Below are positions 47,879-61,800 of a stretch of 64,000 nucleotides of DNA, piece by piece. Position numbers and translations under genes: made by a program. The DNA lies in NCBI RefSeq assembly GCF_037042905.1, contig NC_087253.1:20522001-20586000 (forward strand), read 5' to 3'. The DNA comes from Lytechinus pictus. Lineage: Eukaryota. The notes under the pieces are model-generated. The model had not been told where the DNA came from, did not search any database, and saw only the letters and a program-made list of their open reading frames with translations. Position 1 is the first letter of the stretch. Every line of letters starts with the position of its first letter.

Positions 47879-50800
47879 GGTTAGATTTTTATAAGACTGA
47901 AAAAATAATTATTACAGAACACAATGAAAAATGATAAACACGTAAGGACCATAGAATCTGTCATTTGACTTACATCACTGAGTAATAAAAGGATCGCCTG
48001 GGGTTTTGGAATAGGGGAAGGAGGGGGAGGAGCAAGGGGAAATTGGGAATGATAAAATGAGGGGGAGAGGAGAAAGGGGAATAGGAAAAGGAGCTTGGGA
48101 TGATGGGAATTAATTGCGAAGGTGAAAGGAAAGGAATGAAAAGAGAAGAGAAGTAGGAATAATATGGCTTTTTAAAAAGTATGTATTTTTATTGGTTTAT
48201 TTCCAATTAGTCTAATGCCATTTCGTCTAATTTCCAAACTCGTTTACTATCATTTGGTCTAGCATATTAAGTTAGTCCACAATCCACATTGTCTAATTGC
48301 AATTCCTTTCAATCACCAAGTTATATAATAACCAGTTGGTCCAATAGCCATTAAGTCCACCATCTGATCTAACTGGACTTAGTGTTAATTGGACAAAATG
48401 AATAAAAATAAAATGGATATTAGACCAACTGGTTGTGTGACGAAATGGTAATAGACGAACTTGTGATTAAACGAGGTGATGATTGGACCAAATGGTTGTT
48501 AGACGAAAAATTGATTGACGGAATGGCATTAGACTAAATTAAGGTAGACCATGTGATGAGTGAAAGAATTGGCATTAGACGAATCGGCAATTTACCTTTT
48601 CATTTTCCCCATTACTTCCGGGTTGAAAAATAAGTCTGATCACCCCTAAACACCGATTTTTATGGAATTTATTTGTTTCGATCCTGTCTGTTCATAAATA
48701 GGAACGTTACAATTTTCTCACTGGTAATAATTGCGTTATTATTAAAGAAAAATGACAATCCAATAATATTGAAGATACAACCATTAAACAAGCCATATCA
48801 ATCAGAGTGTGATTTCAAATTCGACACGTTTCTTATACATATGGCATTTGAATGTGTAAAATAGATACAGAATATATTTTGAAAATACATGAATTGTTCA
48901 ATATACTTACATCAATCTGCTTATGTCCATTAAAAACGATATGTTTCTCAGTTTGATCGAAGTAATAATATTATACGGGGTCTAATAGCAGCAGTATTAG
49001 ATATTTTGGCTACATCAATTCATAATAGTGGTGTGTACCGAATCGTGTGCAAATTTACAGTTGTTTACGAATTCTAGTTCAATATCAAACTATTTTTAGT
49101 GATTGGGAATTCCCAGTAACCTTTGACATGTTTCAATTGTGCATTCATGTACTTCAATTCAGCGTAACGGTTGTTTGATGGTGTGGTTTTTGTTTACCTG
49201 ATTGAAAATAATCGGAATGTTTGTAGTATATTATTTACTTGTTTAGAGAAAAAAAAAGAAAAGAACGAAAAAAGATAGAGAAAGAAGAAAGTAAAGAAAT
49301 AACGAAAGAAATAGTAGGAAGGAAAGTAGGAAATTATGAAATAAGTGGTAGGACTGAAAAGGGAACATAAGAAGAAAGGAAGGAAGAAAGAAAGGAAATT
49401 AAAAAAAATACAGAAAGAAAAAAAATAGAAGGAAAGAATGCATGAAAGGAAGGAAGGAAGAAAGAATAAAAGAACAAGGAAGGAATGAATAGATCGATAA
49501 AGAAAGAAAGAAANNNNNNNNNNNNNNNNNNNNNNNNNNNNNNNNNNNNNNNNNNNNNNNNNNNNNNNNNNNNNNNNNNNNNNNNNNNNNNNNNNNNNNN
49601 NNNNNNNNNNNNNNNNNNNNNNNNNNNNNNNNNNNNNNNNNNNNNNNNNNNNNNNNNNNNNNNNNNNNNNNNNNNNNNNNAATGAAAGAAAGGAACAAAG
49701 GAAGAAATAAAGAAATAAAGAAAAAAAAATAGAAAGAAAGAAAGACAGAAAGGAACAAAGAAAGAAAGGAATAATAAAGAAAAGATGCAAAGAAAATGAA
49801 AAAACTGGAACAATTAGAAGATGAAAGAAAAAGAAACAAAGTCGACATTGATAAAGAAAAGAGGGTGGGAAAAGAAGAATGAAATAAGAAAAAAAAACGG
49901 GAAGAGAAAGGAACAAAAGATCAAAGTAAGAAAAACATAATAGTAAAAAAAGGGAAAGTGAGAGATAAAAGGAGACAAGAGGAAAACAATGGGCAAAAAG
50001 GAGGAGGAAATATAAGAAAGGAGAAAAATAGAAGAAGAAAAGAAAAGAGAAATGAAAAAGCAGAAATTAATCTTATTTGGCTGGAGGCAACAAAGCTGAA
50101 AATCCTGATTTGACATTTTGTCTTTTCAAGATGGAATTAACAGGGACGGATCCCAGGAATTTTTAAATTGGGGGGGGGGCGTAACAGGCACCATAGGTAC
50201 GTCCTGCCGGGGGGATCTAGCTGGGGCCCTCCCCAAGAAAATTTTGTTAAAATTAAACCCCTTATCGTACGCGATTTCAGCGTTTCTGAGGTCAATCTCT
50301 CTTTGTGAAAAATTATCGATTTCATAAGTAAAAGGGCGTTATGATGACCTAAAGTTGACGCTAGGGGCTTGATGACTGTAATAGAAAAGACAGATTGTGG
50401 TACGCATTATACAATGTAAATATGGTAGAGTAGGCGTGACTAACCAAGTCTTCTTCTTTACATTCATGCATGCTGTCAATCAATGAAATATTCAAATGTA
50501 ATAAATCCAATATAGTCATGTCATATATAATGTCACTAATTCTAAAAAAAAAACACGTTTTTAGTGATGAGTAAGTTGTGTTTTTTGTCCGGTAGCGTGG
50601 TTTGCATTCATATGAACAAATGGAAAGCGGTGCCATTGCAAGTAGGCCTGTGGGGTCGGGCCGGACGTTACGAGGTCGTAAATTAAACATGGGTATGTAC
50701 CTCATTCCTTCTGTTTTAAACATTTCTCTCTACTTAAAAAGGACACCTTTTTTTCTGTAGGTTGCCCCCAAATAGGGGGCCGGGGCCGACTGGGCCCCTT

Positions 50801-51646
50801 CCCCTTGGATCCGCCCCTGATCAACTGATGACTACATCATTCTTCAAAGTTCTTAAAGGGGTGATACTCCAGGATTAAAATACGACGATTGGAACAAAAT
50901 AATAAGGGAAGTTTAGACAAAGAACATACTGGAAATCTCATCAAAAGCGCACGAGGAAATACAACGTTATGACATTTTAAATGTTGCAGTATTTCGGTGA
51001 AACAGTTTTTTCTTTATACATGTCGTCTTGTGCATTGATCAAGCCGATGATATCATCTTTCCGCTTTTGTGTATTTTTTTCAATGTATGAAATCTTTATT
51101 TTTTAATCCAAGAATGTTAAGAATGGGATTGATTTCTGATTTAGGCTTATTTTGTAAGATAGCCAGGGTAGAAGTAGTAAGGATAGTAAGTGGATAGAGA
51201 TAGAGGAGTAACAAACAAAGAGAAAACAAAGAAAGACCGAGGAGGGAAAGAAGAATAGGAGGGAAGAGGTAAAACAGAAAGGGATTAAGTAGAAAAGGAG
51301 AAAATGAGTGAGAAAAAAAGCAAGAAACAGGAACTTAAGAGAGAGAGAGAGAGAGATGATAAAAGAAGAAAAGAAGGTAAACAAAATGAAGAAAATCAAA
51401 CTATATCTGTAAGGAGAAATGCCATTGGACATGTTGGATTGGAAAAAGACGAGATAGCATATGAGGCGTTCCTCCTCCCTGGCGCACCTGATTAGGGCAT
51501 TCTTGCAATTAAATCGCAGACGCTTTATATAACACAGATAATCTTTTGACCATAGCTCTTCATAACAAAACAGCCTTTGTCGAAAATCGGTGAATCAAAT
51601 CAGCAGTGTCGTCCTAGACTCTGACTAGGCAAACGACACATTAGTT
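47405..51646. repeat. Near-identical duplicate of ~37565-41830 (5' CDS, intron and upstream region of copies 3 and 4)
   Basis: Colinear at an offset of ~9.8 kb with few differences. Confidence 0.9.
49105..49114. promoter_or_regulatory. NF-kB consensus site upstream of copy 4
   Basis: GGGAATTCCC; candidate donor 48910-48905, acceptor 47898-47897. Confidence 0.6.
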
Positions 51647-54600
51647 NNNNNNNNNNNNNNNNNNNNNNNNNNNNNNNNNNNNNNNNNNNNNNNNNNNNNN
51701 NNNNNNNNNNNNNNNNNNNNNNNNNNNNNNNNNNNNNNNNNNNNNNNNNNNNNNNNNNNNNNNNNNNNNNNNNNNNNNNNNNNNNNNNNNNNNNNNNNNN
51801 NNNNNNNNNNNNNNNNNNNNNNNNNNNNNNNNNNNNNNNNNNNNNNNNNNNNNNNNNNNNNNNNNNNNNNNNNNNNNNNNNNNNNNNNNNNNNNNNNNNN
51901 NNNNNNNNNNNNNNNNNNNNNNNNNNNNNNNNNNNNNNNNNNNNNNNNNNNNNNNNNNNNNNNNNNNNNNNNNNNNNNNNNNNNNNNNNNNNNNNNNNNN
52001 NNNNNNNNNNNNNNNNNNNNNNNNNNNNNNNNNNNNNNNNNNNNNNNNNNNNNNNNNNNNNNNNNNNNNNNNNNNNNNNNNNNNNNNNNNNNTTTTTCCT
52101 AAACAAGTCAATACTAAACTGCTGGCACACCGATTATTTTTCAAAAACACTTTATTGATTAATCGAGTACATATGAACAATTTGTTATGTCCTCACCTAT
52201 GGTATTTATTTCATTAAAATCGGAAAAAATACAATTCAATTAAACAGTAATTAAACAGCCAAATTGAATAAAATATGGATCTGAATTGTAAGTGTTTTAT
52301 AACACATAAGCTTTTTTTAATTGATATATTATGTTATTATATTGACACTCTTTTCCAGATTTCCTTTATTTAATTTACACAATTCACAATGTAATTTGGG
52401 GGTTCGTACACCTTAAGAAGAAATAAAATGTAGAGCAAATTTTTAAAAATTATATATTCAAGAGTATCATACAAACGGGTTTGGAATGATCAAATTGATG
52501 ATCGAATCTCTTTTGAATTATTTTAATAAAGAACATAATTGATTTATCTTTGAATAAACTGATTCTACGGGTAACTTGTTCTTTAGAGCTCATGTGAGCA
52601 GGGGAAATAAAAAGTTAAATGTTCTTATTCCTAGATTTGTATATTATTATTCTTGGTCATATTTTGTGCGAGGATCAAACATTGCATTTAAGGACCATAT
52701 GAATGAACGTAGTGGGTAGCAACCCTCGGCAGTGTTGCTGCCCTCTACGTTTGTTGGACCATATCTGAACCGTTCAATGGTAAAACCAATCAAAAATGTT
52801 TTCTCTTCAACTTGGATATTCACGTTATACTCATGACTCTTGATGAAAGAAAATTGATACTAAAATAAGTTTACATCTAGACAAAACAAATTATGATATA
52901 CAGTTTGATTTTTTTTCGTGTAAATTGCAAGTCATATCTGACGGGATCTTCTATTGAATTGAATCCTCTACATATTAAGGGAAAATCTGATGAAGAAATT
53001 TTAAATACATTGTTTCATATATCATATTCTGAATATCATGTCAAAATCTATTTCGTTTAATTTAATTTCGTTAATTTTTACAAAATTGAAATATATACCC
53101 CAAAAAATGTAAAAAAGGTATTAAAATAATGGTGTACCTGTAATAATAAACACATCAGACGTGTGTGAATGGCCCAAATTGACATCCCTTAACTCATTAC
53201 GCCTAGACTATTACTGTACATTTTTTGTGCCATTGTCTGAAATACACTAAGGTTATTTGTGTTTGTTTCATAATCGACTTATTCCATATAATTGCATTAT
53301 TATTGCATTGAACTATGCACTTAAAAAGTAGTTTTGTAGTTGAAACCATTTCCGCATCAAATGCAGGTGAAATTATTTGTACACAGTAGTTTTATACATG
53401 TACGTATGTCGACCAGAAAACAAATACATTGTAAGGATTATGATAATTATTCTTCCTATTTATGCAAAGAATACATGTATACATAGAAAAACAGTTATGC
53501 ACACTCTTTAATATCAAGGATAAAACCTCACTACCACCAGTATCAATGGTAAATATCACATTTCCACCATGATATGATACACATGTATATGAATAGAGAA
53601 TCATTTGATTCTCATGAAATGTCTAATGGCATTATGTCTGAAATATAAGAACTAGAAATTTCCCCACACAGGATAAACATGATAAAGATAATGCTTGATA
53701 ATAGCAAAGCTCAAAATAAAAATTGAAATCCATTGACGTTGCTTTTTTTTATACATTTTTCGTGCCATTTTCTGAAATATACAATAATTTGTTTGTGTGT
53801 GTTTCACATTCGAGTTATTTCAAATATTGCATTTTTAATTTGAACTACTTCTAAAAATATCGGAGAGTATTGATCAGACCATTTCCATGAAGATGATATT
53901 TATATATTTACACATTATAATCATATCTAGATAGAATCAAAACATGTTCCAATTTATGCATAAAAATACAAATATACGCGCATAAACAGTACAATTATGG
54001 CATACACTCTTTAATGTCAATGGTAGATATCACATTGCCACCATGGCCATTACTAGTCAAACATTATTTACATTTATTATATTTGAATAGAGAATCACTT
54101 GATTTCTCATGAAATGTCTAATAACATCACGTCTAAAATACAAGAACTAAAAATTCCCTCACATAGGATAAACATGATGAAAATGATGCTTGGAATAGCA
54201 AAACTCAAATAAAAATTGAGGTCCATCGACGTTGCTTTTTTATGCATTTTCGTGCCATTTTCTGAAATGCCGGTAATAATTTTTTTTGGTGTTTCACAAT
54301 CAAGTTATTTAATATAATTTCATTTTGAAATTGAAGTACTTCGAAGAATATTGAAGAGTGTAGATCAGACCATTTCCACGAAGGTAATATTTATATATTT
54401 ACACATTATAATCATGTCTAGATAGAATAATAGCATAGAATAACGATATATTCCAATTTATGCATAAGAATACAAATATACGCACATAAATGGTTAATAT
54501 GGTTAATATATTACTACCAACATAATCATTTCCAGTCAAATATCATACACATGTATATGGATACAGAATCATTTGATTTTTCATGAAATATTTAACAACA

Positions 54601-54867
54601 TTGTCTTTGATATTCAAGTACGAGAATTTCCCCACACAGGATAAACCTGATAAAGCTGATGCTTGATACATGCAAAGTTGAAAATAAAAAGTTGTAAGCA
54701 GCGAAATGCTTTTGTATGGGTGAGAAACGAGAGAGAAATGATCCATCAACTATCTCATGTATTTCTATATTATAGCAGCTTACTGGATGGATACTCAGTG
54801 GGGATCGCCCCCCCCCCCCTTCTGTGATATTGTGATATTATATCAATGTTGATATCATCCATTATTT

Positions 54868-56769
54868 TCAGCGGAATATATAGAGGTTATCCCGAGTGCA
54901 GAAGGCGATCTCCCCTGATCGGTACTGCTGGAGGAAACACCAATATATCCCCGACTTCTCAATCTTGTAATCAGTAACAAGGTTTCGGATGTGCCTTAAT
55001 TCATATGTATACTCGTCAATGCTCACCAAACCTTCATCATGCTTCACCTTGGCTATCAGGATTGTATCCCATTGAGATACAGCAGCATGAAGGAGACTAC
55101 CAGGTTTCTTTAATTCATGTTGTACAGCACCCTGTTTGTCTATCAATCTGATAGTATTAAAATATTTAGTGATCAGATAACCATGGTAACTAGTGATTTG
55201 CAGAGGTTCATACCCGTTGCATGGTATCTCCCTAATTGCTTGCCAACCTGCCGTTGAAAATACCAAGATCTTCATGGCTTTCCAGTAGCTCACATAGATC
55301 AGGTCATCACCATCAACAGTGAGATCAGAAAACCCACCTTCATCTCGACTTAGAGTCTTAAACATTACATTCAACTTTGTGTACTCTGGCGTGTACAGTG
55401 TGATATCGTTAGAATTGTCAGTCACAACACATCGACCATCAGAGAGGAACCCTACCCCATCAATCTTAACATCCTTCAGAACTGTATGCTGAAGCTTACC
55501 ATCAGAAGAGAAGATAGAGATGCCACCTGTATCACATCCTACTGCCATCCTACCGTCTGGTGTACCAACCATTGCATTCATGCTATTCTTAGCTGGCAAA
55601 GCAACTTTCTTTACATTAACAATCTTATTAGTAGGCAAAGAAACGTCCTTTTTATCAAAAACCTTTTTTGTGGGCAAGGCGACGTTCTTTTCAACTACAT
55701 TAACAATCTTTCCAAGGCCTAGCTCATTCACTCCAACATTTCTCTCAAAATTGACACTTTTCCCCTTTATGCCCGATTTCTTCGGCTGCTCGTAGTCAGG
55801 ATCCTTTTGATCAAAGACCGCTCGTAACTCTTCACACAGAGTGTCGTGTGTAGCCAAAGTATCCATATCTAACGGTATCTTTGTTTTGTTAATCACCATT
55901 TCAGCCAAAGTCGTCAACTGATTGATGTGCTTCTGAGCCGTGGTCTTCATGCTTTTCAGTTCTTTCGCTACTCCTTCGGTGGTTTCCTTGACTTCTCTTA
56001 GCAGGCTTTCTTTCTTCTCTGACAGCTGCCGGACTGCATCATAATATGCTTTGTTGATGTCACTTGTACACTGTTTCTTGGCATTGTCAACACTCTTGCT
56101 CTGTTCATCTATGAACTCAATGTACTTCTGAAAGGATGATTGTTTCTTCTCCACCTTTGATTTCAGGTCTTCGATACCCTCCATGTGTTTGTCCTCATAG
56201 GTAGCTACCTCGACAACCTGGTGTCCCTCGTCTTTATGTTCCATCACACCGCATCTGAAGCATGTGAATCTCCTGCAGGTGGAACAGAAGCAACATTCAT
56301 CTTCTTTCGGGTGTTTCCTGCATTTGCGGTATCTACGTACAGACACCTTGCCTGACGAGATCTCACTCATGGCAATGACGTTATGGCCGATAAAGTCTCC
56401 CCATTGAGAGTGCGTATTAAGACAAGAGGTGCAGAGATACTTACCACAGTCTTGGCAGTAGACATCAGCATGGGGCTTGTTATTGGATTTACAATTTGTG
56501 CAAATCTGAGGTTGGCCCTCCATGTCATCTATCAGACTCTTCAACGCAAGATTTACCTGTAGTTTGCCGACATCTTGGTTTGGGACCTGCGTGACAGCTC
56601 TGCAGACAGGGCATCGAATCTGACAGTTACCGTGGCACTTTAAGAGGTTGTCCAGGCAAGTCTTGCAGAAAGTGTGAGAACAAGACAGGATCTTGGGATC
56701 GATGAATGTAGAAAGACAAACTGGACACTCTGTACTCTGGGAGATGACAGTCTTTAATGCTTCAGCCAT
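54868..56769 (-). CDS. TRIM-like E3 ligase, copy 5, full length 633 aa
   Basis: Same architecture as copy 2. Identical over residues 1-316, with differences clustered at 317-354 and 529-612. Confidence 0.95.
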   Translation of the reverse strand: MAEALKTVISQSTECPVCLSTFIDPKILSCSHTFCKTCLDNLLKCHGNCQIRCPVCRAVTQVPNQDVGKLQVNLALKSLIDDMEGQPQICTNCKSNNKPHADVYCQDCGKYLCTSCLNTHSQWGDFIGHNVIAMSEISSGKVSVRRYRKCRKHPKEDECCFCSTCRRFTCFRCGVMEHKDEGHQVVEVATYEDKHMEGIEDLKSKVEKKQSSFQKYIEFIDEQSKSVDNAKKQCTSDINKAYYDAVRQLSEKKESLLREVKETTEGVAKELKSMKTTAQKHINQLTTLAEMVINKTKIPLDMDTLATHDTLCEELRAVFDQKDPDYEQPKKSGIKGKSVNFERNVGVNELGLGKIVNVVEKNVALPTKKVFDKKDVSLPTNKIVNVKKVALPAKNSMNAMVGTPDGRMAVGCDTGGISIFSSDGKLQHTVLKDVKIDGVGFLSDGRCVVTDNSNDITLYTPEYTKLNVMFKTLSRDEGGFSDLTVDGDDLIYVSYWKAMKILVFSTAGWQAIREIPCNGYEPLQITSYHGYLITKYFNTIRLIDKQGAVQHELKKPGSLLHAAVSQWDTILIAKVKHDEGLVSIDEYTYELRHIRNLVTDYKIEKSGIYWCFLQQYRSGEIAFCTRDNLYIFR

Positions 56770-59545
56770 GGTTAGATTGTTAGAAGACTGAAAAATAATT
56801 AATAAAACAATGAATAATCATATACATGCACAAACCATACCTCGGGACAAATTAAAATAAAAGATTTCCATAGCTTAGATTAATCTCCGTATTGACCTGT
56901 TGCAGAAAAGTTGTGACGTTATGCAACTCAAAATACCAATCGCAATTTTGTTTGCAACCAACGGAATGCGTGTATAGCACTCTGCATTTCATATTTTTGC
57001 AAAACTGATTATACTTTTAAACATGCTTGGATGTTTGTGTACACTCTCAAACTCCAAATAGTAAAAGTAAGTTCAATGCTCTTTTGTCCATTGACACAAC
57101 TCCTTTTGTTTAGAGCTAATGACCACACATCCATCACCTGTTTGCACAGATTGATGTGGTAGCCTTATCCTTGCATTATGTTTACAATTCCTCCTAAGAG
57201 ACCATAATTATCCTTGCATTTTGTGTTTATAATTCCTAATAATGAGGTGCTTTATCCTCCATCCAACCTCCTCCCCAGATAGTATCTCCCTGACTTCAGG
57301 TGCAAATAAACTTTCATTTTTGTCATGCTCCACCCTTCTTTCTTGATTAGTCGATACATTGTTTAACTCCTCCCCCCCCCCCTAATGGTGCAAAACTAAG
57401 AGTTGTACCCCCAAGATATATTAAGAAAGGACTTCTCTTCTCCGTCTCTTGACGAGAGGACACTGCGTACTTGGTTTCCCTTGCCATCCCTTTTAGGGGC
57501 TACCATATGGCCTTTGTTGGGGAGTACCTTATACTATAACAGCCTTTTTATAACCAGCTATATTTTGTTCCACTGTATACATATTTTATATCTTCGTCTT
57601 CAATCAATATTGATCTTTGGAATAAATCTACTGATGAACTGTAATCATTGTGTGACAGACTCTTGATTTGTCTCGTATCTTGTAACATTGAACAATCACC
57701 ACGCTACGACACTTCTGTATAATATTTCCAGTGTTACACGTGTATTATAGGGACTTGCGATTGATTCTTTTCGTTATGATTAAACGTAAGTATTTCTGCA
57801 ACGGGCCCTGAAAGTGTTATCAGTGGAGGAGCCAGGGGTGTTAGCCCAGGTTCCCGCTCTTGACCAAAATAGGAGGGGTGGAGAAGGGCGAGGGGGAACG
57901 ATAAAATGAGGGGGAGGGAAATTTTGAAAAAGGGGGAATATGAGAAAGGGGAATTGGAAAAGAATGGGGAATGGTGAAGGGGGTGGGGAAAGGAGGGGAG
58001 AGGAGGAAGGGGAATGATAAAATGAGGGGAGAGGAAAAACTGGAATGAACAAAAGAAGGGGGAGGAGGAAGGGTAATTGGAAAAGGAGAGGAAGTGGATT
58101 GGAAAAAGGGGGGAAGGGGACATTGGAAAAGGAGGGAAGAGGAGGAAGAAGAACGGGGGAATGGGAAAAGGTGCTTGGGGCGTGGGGGGAAAGTGGCAAG
58201 GTGGAATAAGAAAAGAAATGAGGAGATGCAAAGAGGAATATCATTGCTTGAAAAAAGTATGAGTTTTCATTTTCCCCCATTACTCCATGGTTGAAAAACA
58301 AATCTGATCTCCCCCTTAAACAACGGTTTTAGCTCATCCGGCCCGAAGGGTCAGATGAGCTAATGCCGTGGCGTGGTGTCCGTCGTCTGTCGTCCATCCA
58401 CAATTTCAAAATGCTTCTTCCTCATTTCAAGTCCGATTTCAATTCTGTTTGCTTAATAGCACTAGGTGGGGGATTAAAATCTTCTACACAGAACTTGGAA
58501 AGTCACTAATGTGCTCTAAAAATTTATGCACATTTTTCTAAATTCCCCCCCCCCCCAAAAAAAAAAATGCCTCTCCTATTCGTTTACCAATTTTGATTTT
58601 TTTTTTGCTTCCATCTGGTAAAGCTTCATGTGGTTCAGATCACTTCTACACAGAATTTTGAAATTTTGACTAGAAAATTGTTTATGCTAATTTATGCAAA
58701 ATTTATTCATAAATTCATAAAAACGTGGTTTTTTTCTTCTCCTTTTGTTGATCAATTTCAACTTTGTTTGGTTTACATGTATGTGGGGATACAAAACTTC
58801 TACACAACATTTTGAAACTCATTAAATATGTTCATTTATACATATCTTTTTTTAATTGTTTATTTATTTGTTGACCGATTTGATTTTTTTTTGGGGGGGT
58901 CCATCTGAGAGCTACATGAGGTTCACCATGATTCTGCACAGAATTTAGAAATTGTGACCAGAAAATTATTAGTGCTTATTTATACGAAATTCATTCATAA
59001 TAACCGGAAAGGCTTATGTCACGAATATAACTCCCTACATTGTCAACTGGGCTGAAATTAAAACATGAGTTAAATTTTGTTGCAAGATGCCGGATGAGCT
59101 CCACATCATTGATGTGCTAGTTATATAATTTTATTTGTTTCGATCCTGTCCGTTCATAGAGTATGATGTTACAATTTTCTCACTGGTAATTATTGCATTA
59201 TTAAGGTAAATGACATTCCAATAGTACTGAAGATATATTCATTAAACAACACACATCAAACAGAGTGTGGTTTCAAATCCGACACGTTTCTCATACATGA
59301 TGAGATTTGAATGTGTAAAATAGATAATATTTGGAATAAGCATGTATCATTTAATATGCTTACCTCAATCTCCTTGTGTTCCTTGATAGCATATATCTCA
59401 GTTTGATCAGAGTAGTGGTGTTGTACGGGGTATAGTTCTATCGATATGCCCTGCTTGGGCGTCGTCAAGTCACAGTGGTGTATCGTGTGCCAACACAGCG
59501 TTGCTATTCGAACTTGAGTTCAATACCAGACTATTTTTAATGACT

Positions 59546-59555
59546 GGGAATTCCC
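59546..59555. promoter_or_regulatory. NF-kB consensus site upstream of copy 5
   Basis: GGGAATTCCC; candidate donor 59363-59358, acceptor 56789-56788. Confidence 0.6.
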
Positions 59556-60359
59556 AACGACCTGTTAGACATGTTTCAATTGTGTATTCATCTACTTTAA
59601 TTCAGCGGAACGAGGATTCTTTTTATTTTCATTTTACCTAATGGATGGTTATAATTAAGCGACCAGAGAATCGAAGGTATAATGTCCTATCCCAGAGAAC
59701 TGGTTATGTGGATAATTTACCACAGCGCAGGGCATCCAGTGGTAAAATGATCCCCTCCAAAAATTTAAAGGAAAACACCGTCCCCCCCCCCCGAAAAAAA
59801 AATATTAATAATAATGATAATAATAATAAAAATAACAATAATGATAATAATAATACTAATTACAATAAATCAAAAGAAAATGAAACATATGAAAATGATG
59901 ATAATGAGCGTCTTTCGGTAAATTGCCCAATCGTCTACTGCCATTCCGTCTACTCACCACATGGTCTACCTTCATTTTGTCTAATGCCATTTTACCCATC
60001 AATATTCCGTCTACCAACCATATCGTCCAGTCACTATTTCGTCCAATTGTCTTATCGTCTAACTTATCATTTTGTTCACCACTCGTTCGGTCCAATAATC
60101 AGTTCGTCTAACAACCACATCGTCTAATAACCATTTCGTCCAATTCCCAAATCGTCCAATATTCATTTAGTCTAATAGCCAATTGGTCCAATAGCCATGT
60201 TGTCTAACACAAATACGTCGCGTTAGCCGAGCGGGGGTGGCGAAATGACTTCTTATAAACTAAAGATATTATGAATGCTTTGAAAAATCATGATGATAAC
60301 TAGGCCTACTATCAGAAAATGGATGATGCAGTACAGCGATCCAGCCCCCCCCCCCCACG

Positions 60360-60398
<39 letters not shown>

Positions 60399-61622
60399 AC
60401 ATCACGCACGCAAAATGGGGAAAATGAGTGGTTAAAAAGGATCATACTGAAATAGGGTCCTTTGATTTGTAATGTACTCTTCTTCCTTTTTTTTACCAGT
60501 GCACACCTAAAATGATAATCATCATTGATCATCGTCATATAACAAATAATAAATAATAATTGTAATAATAATAATAAAATAGTACTAATAGTAAGGAATT
60601 ATAATGTTAATATAATAATTACAGTAATACCAATAATACCAATTACAGCTATTGGCGGGACGAAAAATTAAAAAAAAAGTGGAAGGAAAAATGGGAAAGG
60701 AGGGGAAAAAACAGAATAGGTAAAATAAGAGGAGGAAGACAAATGAACACAATGTGAGGGGAAGACCTGGAAAATATAATTTTTCGCTAGAACGTGCTTC
60801 GCGCTGGCATTGCCTGTTCGATGAGATACATTATCTTGCGTAAAAATAATATTATAATGGAGCTGAAAATAGTGTACAATTATGTAAATAAAAGACGACC
60901 AAGCAACAGAGTTTAATTAATAACAAATCACAAGAGCAACATGAGTCGGTGTCAGCAATACAAAGGCACCAAACACGTATAGGACTGCTAGTAGTAGACT
61001 ATTTATGATTGTAGACGAAATGATGATTGGCTGAGATGGCAATTGGACCTATTGGTGATTAGACCAAATGATTGTTAGACGAAATGGGTTTATACTAAGT
61101 GACAGTGAACCAACTGCAGTAAGACCAAATGGAACATAGACGAAATGAAAGTAGACTAAGTGGTCATTAGACCATTTGCCTTTAGACCAGTTGACTATTC
61201 GACTAAACTGTAAAAGACGTAATGAAAATTGACAAAATGGCTATTGGACCAATTGGCCAAAAATGCAATTAGACCAAATGGTTATTTCACCAAATGATAA
61301 TAGACGAAATGGTTATTAAACCAACTGGCTATTGGGCATAATGGTAATTGGACGATGTGGATTGTGGACCAAGTGATGGTAGACGAAATGACATTAGACC
61401 GCGTGGTGAGTGGACAAAAAGGCAGTAGACGAAATGGCAATAAACCTTATTTTCAACAATTTTCTTTCAGATACGACAGGGTATCGCCTCATCCCATTGA
61501 TATACAGTTACACTTTGTAATTCCGAAGGTTGGAACAAGGAAGAAGTAAAACAGAAAGGGATTTTAAAAAAGATAATAAAGGAAAGAGGGTATCGCCTCA
61601 TCCCATTTATATACAGATGGGG

Positions 61623-61800
61623 CACTAGCGTACTTACGGGGGGGGGGCAGAGGGGCAGTCTGCCCCCCCCCCCTGACGAGCCACCACCCATGCAAAGCCA
61701 CCACCCATGCATGTATCCCTGCCCCCCCTGACGAGCTTGAAAGACCTTTTTGCCCCCCCCCCCCTGACGAAAATCCTAGAAAATGCTAGGTACGCCAGTG
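61623..61800. mobile_element. hAT-type MITE, same family as 3155-3483
   Basis: cactagcgtac ... gtacgccagtg; 8-bp TSD AGATGGGG; empty site at ~24986. Confidence 0.88.

Noticed and set aside
11927-56769. Idea that copies 2/5 and 3/4 are only uncollapsed alleles
   Set aside because: Not fully excluded, but patchy high divergence, distinct junctions and different neighbouring units favour true paralogues; needs long reads and read depth.
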